From: Puniceicoccaceae bacterium
Lineage (GTDB): Bacteria > Verrucomicrobiota > Verrucomicrobiia > Opitutales > Oceanipulchritudinaceae
DNA length: 64,000 nt
NCBI GenBank assembly: GCA_040830765.1
Contig: JBFOMH010000017.1
Coordinates: forward strand, 1 to 64,000
Reading direction: 5' to 3'
Under the pieces are notes generated by a model that did not search any database, had not been told where the DNA came from, and saw only the letters and a program-made list of their open reading frames with translations. Every line of letters begins with the position of its first letter. Position 1 is the stretch's first letter. The position numbers and the translations under genes are program-made. This document shows positions 60,992 to 64,000 of this stretch, one piece after another.

Positions 60992-61345
60992 ATGGCGGAT
61001 GAAAATCAAGGCAATGTGATCGCCAAGGGCGGTCAGGAACTCGAAGTGCAACTGGAAACCGGTCACTGCGAGACGGTGAAGGTACGACTGCTCCCATTAG
61101 GGAAAATGCCGGATTTCTTCCGGGGCCTGGATGACGACATCTTCTTGATCCAGTTGGTCACTGGAAAAACCAAAACCTTCGCAGAATCGCTCAACTTTGA
61201 GAGCGGGATGGAAATCGTGGAAAAGGCGCACGAGGTAAATTTCCCCAATGCCCTCCGGTGGTCGGAAAGGAGGGCAAAGCGGCTCGCTCCACTGATTCCC
61301 ATGGCCGAGAAGGGAATGAAGATCCAGCGACAATTGATGACCTGA
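60992..61345 (+). CDS. Tail assembly chaperone (gpG-like)
   Basis: Two overlapping ORFs just before the tape measure gene. Confidence 0.6.
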   Translation: MADENQGNVIAKGGQELEVQLETGHCETVKVRLLPLGKMPDFFRGLDDDIFLIQLVTGKTKTFAESLNFESGMEIVEKAHEVNFPNALRWSERRAKRLAPLIPMAEKGMKIQRQLMT

Positions 61346-61566
61346 TCATCCAGGGTGCGGTACTTCTTGGAAGGTTTCCCAGGGAAGTGGCAAGGCACCT
61401 GTCCTTGCGCGAGCTGATAGCCCTTTCAGAAGCCCACGGGAAAGAGGAGGCACAGAGGATCCGGTTTTTGATGAAGATGATCTACCACTCCGCCATCAGC
61501 CCCCACTCGAAGGAGGCACGCAACTGGGTGAAGGAGACTGATAAACGAATCGAGAAAGCAATTTAG
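61258..61566 (+). CDS. gpT-like ORF, probably reached by -1 frameshift
   Basis: -1 frame overlap with the gpG-like ORF; FPREVARHLSLREL. Confidence 0.5.
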   Translation: MVGKEGKAARSTDSHGREGNEDPATIDDLIIQGAVLLGRFPREVARHLSLRELIALSEAHGKEEAQRIRFLMKMIYHSAISPHSKEARNWVKETDKRIEKAI

Positions 61567-64000
61567 ATGGCAACGGCTAAGGTCACACTCCTAATCGATC
61601 TGAAAAGCCGCCTGAACGCGCTTAACCGCACGATTGGGCGGTTTCGTGCGTTGGGGACCACTATCCAATCGGCCTTCCTTCCATTGGCAGGTGTGGCAGG
61701 TGTTGCAGCAGGAGTGCGCGGCTCCGTTTCCGCGATCCATGGATTTGAGACATCGATGCTCCGTGTGCAGGCCTTAACCGGTGCCACGGACGAGACATTT
61801 TCACGATTGACTGCCCAGGCCGCCCATCTTGGAGAAACGACACAGTTCTCAGCCAGCCAGGCTGCGGATGCCATGGGATTTCTCGGTATGGCAGGCATGA
61901 ACACCGGGCAGATTGTGGGGGCGATGCCTGATACCCTGAACCTGGCCGCAGCTGCACAGATTGGGTTGGGAGAGGCCGCGGACATTACAACCAACATTCT
62001 TTCCGGCTACGGCATGCAGGTGGATGACCTGGGACGGGTGAATGACATCCTGGTCAACACAATCACCACGACCAACACAAACATGCTTGAACTGGGGGAG
62101 GCCATGAAGTCGGTGGGACCGGTTGCATCCCAGTTGAAGATCCCCATCGAGGAAACAGCCGCGGGAATCGGAATTCTGGCCAATGCGGGCTTCAAGGGTG
62201 AAATGGGGGGCACTGCTTTGCGTAATTCCCTTGTCCGGTTGCTCAATCCAAGTGGCGAGGCGGCAAAGACAATTGAGTCACTGGGCATGAACCTGCGAGA
62301 CAACCAGGGAAATCTCAAGGGCTTCACTGAAATCCTTTCTGAGCTGGAACGAACAGGCGCATCGACCGAGCAAATCATGCAGATCTTTGGTGTGCGTGCC
62401 GGTCCCGCAATGCTCGCCCTATTGAAACAGGGATCAGGGGCATTGGTGGAGCAAACCAACCGCTTACTTGAACAGGGATCAGCCAGCCGTATCGCGAATT
62501 TGCAAATGAGCGGCCTTGATGGGGCATGGAAGCGCTTAAAGAGCGCAACCGAGGGTCTTGCCCTTCGATTCGGGGAACAGGGCTTCAAGGGCGTGCTGAC
62601 AGGTGTAGTGAATACGCTGACACAGATTGTGCAGGTAATCTCCTACGTAGTCGGTGCCGGAGCAGATTTGCATATTCTTTCCCTTGCCCTTGAAGCGGCG
62701 ATTGAAGAGGGAGTGGCTAAGGCGCGCAGCATCCTGCTTAACCTCTTCAGCGGTTCCGGTGGTGTGTTTGAAACGATCTTTGCCCTGACAGCCCGTGCGG
62801 GGGTGAACATTGCCCAGGTGATGCTTGATGCCTTCACGACCCCGATAGCGGGGATCAGCGCGGCATGGCGGTATCTCTTCCAGGGATTGCGGATCATGTA
62901 TGCCGATGTGATGGGCGTCATCGTCGAAGGTGCTGAAACCGCCATCAACAAGGTCATTGCCGGAGTGAACAAGATTTTGCCCAAGGCAAAGGAGTTTGAG
63001 CAAGTCCAGTTTGATTTCGGGATCGATACCCAGACAAAAAAGTTCTCGGAGCTCTACGCTGAGCAGAAGTCCGGGATGCAGGAACTGACCACCCTTGCCA
63101 AGGACTATCTGGACAATGGCTTGAACGAGGGTCTGACCATCCTTGGCCTCCAGCAGGGGGTGATCGAAAACCAGCAAAGTGCATGGGAACAGATCCAGGC
63201 ACTGATTGCCCAATCCAATCAGGATGCTGCTGAATTCATTTCGGGAACAGGGGATACCGGAGGATTGCTGCCATCCGCCGATCTAGGAGGCTCAGGCGAT
63301 GAATTTGCGCAAGACGATTCCGCGATGGGTCCTGAAGATCTCACTACACTGGGTGATGTAGTCACACAGGTTGAAGGAAACATCACTGGTGGCCTAAGTA
63401 ATGCCATTACCGGGGTAATTACCAAGACCACCACATGGGCACAGAGTCTACAACAGATCGGTACTAGTGTGGTTGGATCCATTGTTGGCGGATTTGTGGA
63501 AATGGGCATGGTCTGGGTGAAGCAACTAGCCATGATGGGCGCAAAATGGGTCGCCATGAAGTTGGGGATGTTTGCCCTTGGCCAGAAGTTGAAGGTTGCT
63601 GACAGCGCAACCACGGCCACCAAGGGCGCTACGGATGCCGCCGCCATGGCTCCTGCTGCGACGGCAGCTTCCATTTCATCATTCGGTGCCGCCGCCATCA
63701 TCGGTCTGGCACTGGTTATGGCAGCACTCCTTGCCTTCGCCGGTGGTTTCGCCGGTGGTGGTTACACTGGCCACGGAGGCAAGTACCAGCCAGCGGGTGT
63801 CGTCCACAGGGGCGAGTTTGTATTTCCCGCGGATGTCGTATCAAAACATGGTCCGGGCTACTTCTATGCCATGATGCAATCGCTTCGCTTTGAGGAGCGT
63901 ACAGCCGGTATACAGGGCTATGCCTCTGGGGGTCTGGTTGACCTGAAAAGCGATGTGATGACAGGGCAATCAAATACACCAGCTCCCACAGCAAACAACC
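61567..64000 (+). CDS. Tail tape measure protein (TP901-type core), 3'-partial
   Basis: Own translation: FETSMLRVQALTGAT..LGETTQFSASQAADAMGFLGMAG..LANAGFKGEMGGTALRN..FAGGGYTGHGGKYQPAGVVHRGEFV. Confidence 0.93.
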   Translation, partial: MATAKVTLLIDLKSRLNALNRTIGRFRALGTTIQSAFLPLAGVAGVAAGVRGSVSAIHGFETSMLRVQALTGATDETFSRLTAQAAHLGETTQFSASQAADAMGFLGMAGMNTGQIVGAMPDTLNLAAAAQIGLGEAADITTNILSGYGMQVDDLGRVNDILVNTITTTNTNMLELGEAMKSVGPVASQLKIPIEETAAGIGILANAGFKGEMGGTALRNSLVRLLNPSGEAAKTIESLGMNLRDNQGNLKGFTEILSELERTGASTEQIMQIFGVRAGPAMLALLKQGSGALVEQTNRLLEQGSASRIANLQMSGLDGAWKRLKSATEGLALRFGEQGFKGVLTGVVNTLTQIVQVISYVVGAGADLHILSLALEAAIEEGVAKARSILLNLFSGSGGVFETIFALTARAGVNIAQVMLDAFTTPIAGISAAWRYLFQGLRIMYADVMGVIVEGAETAINKVIAGVNKILPKAKEFEQVQFDFGIDTQTKKFSELYAEQKSGMQELTTLAKDYLDNGLNEGLTILGLQQGVIENQQSAWEQIQALIAQSNQDAAEFISGTGDTGGLLPSADLGGSGDEFAQDDSAMGPEDLTTLGDVVTQVEGNITGGLSNAITGVITKTTTWAQSLQQIGTSVVGSIVGGFVEMGMVWVKQLAMMGAKWVAMKLGMFALGQKLKVADSATTATKGATDAAAMAPAATAASISSFGAAAIIGLALVMAALLAFAGGFAGGGYTGHGGKYQPAGVVHRGEFVFPADVVSKHGPGYFYAMMQSLRFEERTAGIQGYASGGLVDLKSDVMTGQSNTPAPTANN

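Noticed and set aside
61563..63994. Minus-strand ORFs over the window end
   Set aside because: Antisense to the open tape measure gene, which the track omitted because it has no stop in the window.

Overview
Bases 1-12.5 kb are ordinary GC-rich host genes (partial hemN, ZIP transporter, PDZ protein, RfaH/NusG paralogue, mnmA, GH13 enzyme, exoD, nadD, rsfS, hybrid histidine kinase) ending at tRNA-Ser(GGA), 12566-12656. Composition then drops in GC and a large siphovirus-like prophage or composite element runs off the window end; no attR is visible. It carries a defence-rich left arm (DUF3883 nuclease, Hna-like helicase-nuclease, two paralogous tyrosine integrases, DUF4268 nuclease, type I R-M with three interposed genes), a replication module, a seven-gene cassette array with eroded attC-like junctions, a ParB/methyltransferase/HAD/CmoA-like cluster, and lambda-type head and tail genes. 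The most unusual signals are: (1) a TTGACA-N13/14-(A/G)TG element at the start of many late genes, leaving no room for a -10 box; (2) a 70-nt initiator-like tRNA-Met with a miniature D-arm; (3) a CmoA-like enzyme beside a ParB-fused methyltransferase, suggesting a DNA modification; (4) non-coding repeats shared between the left end and the early/late boundary. All protein calls are by eye from motifs; no searches were run.
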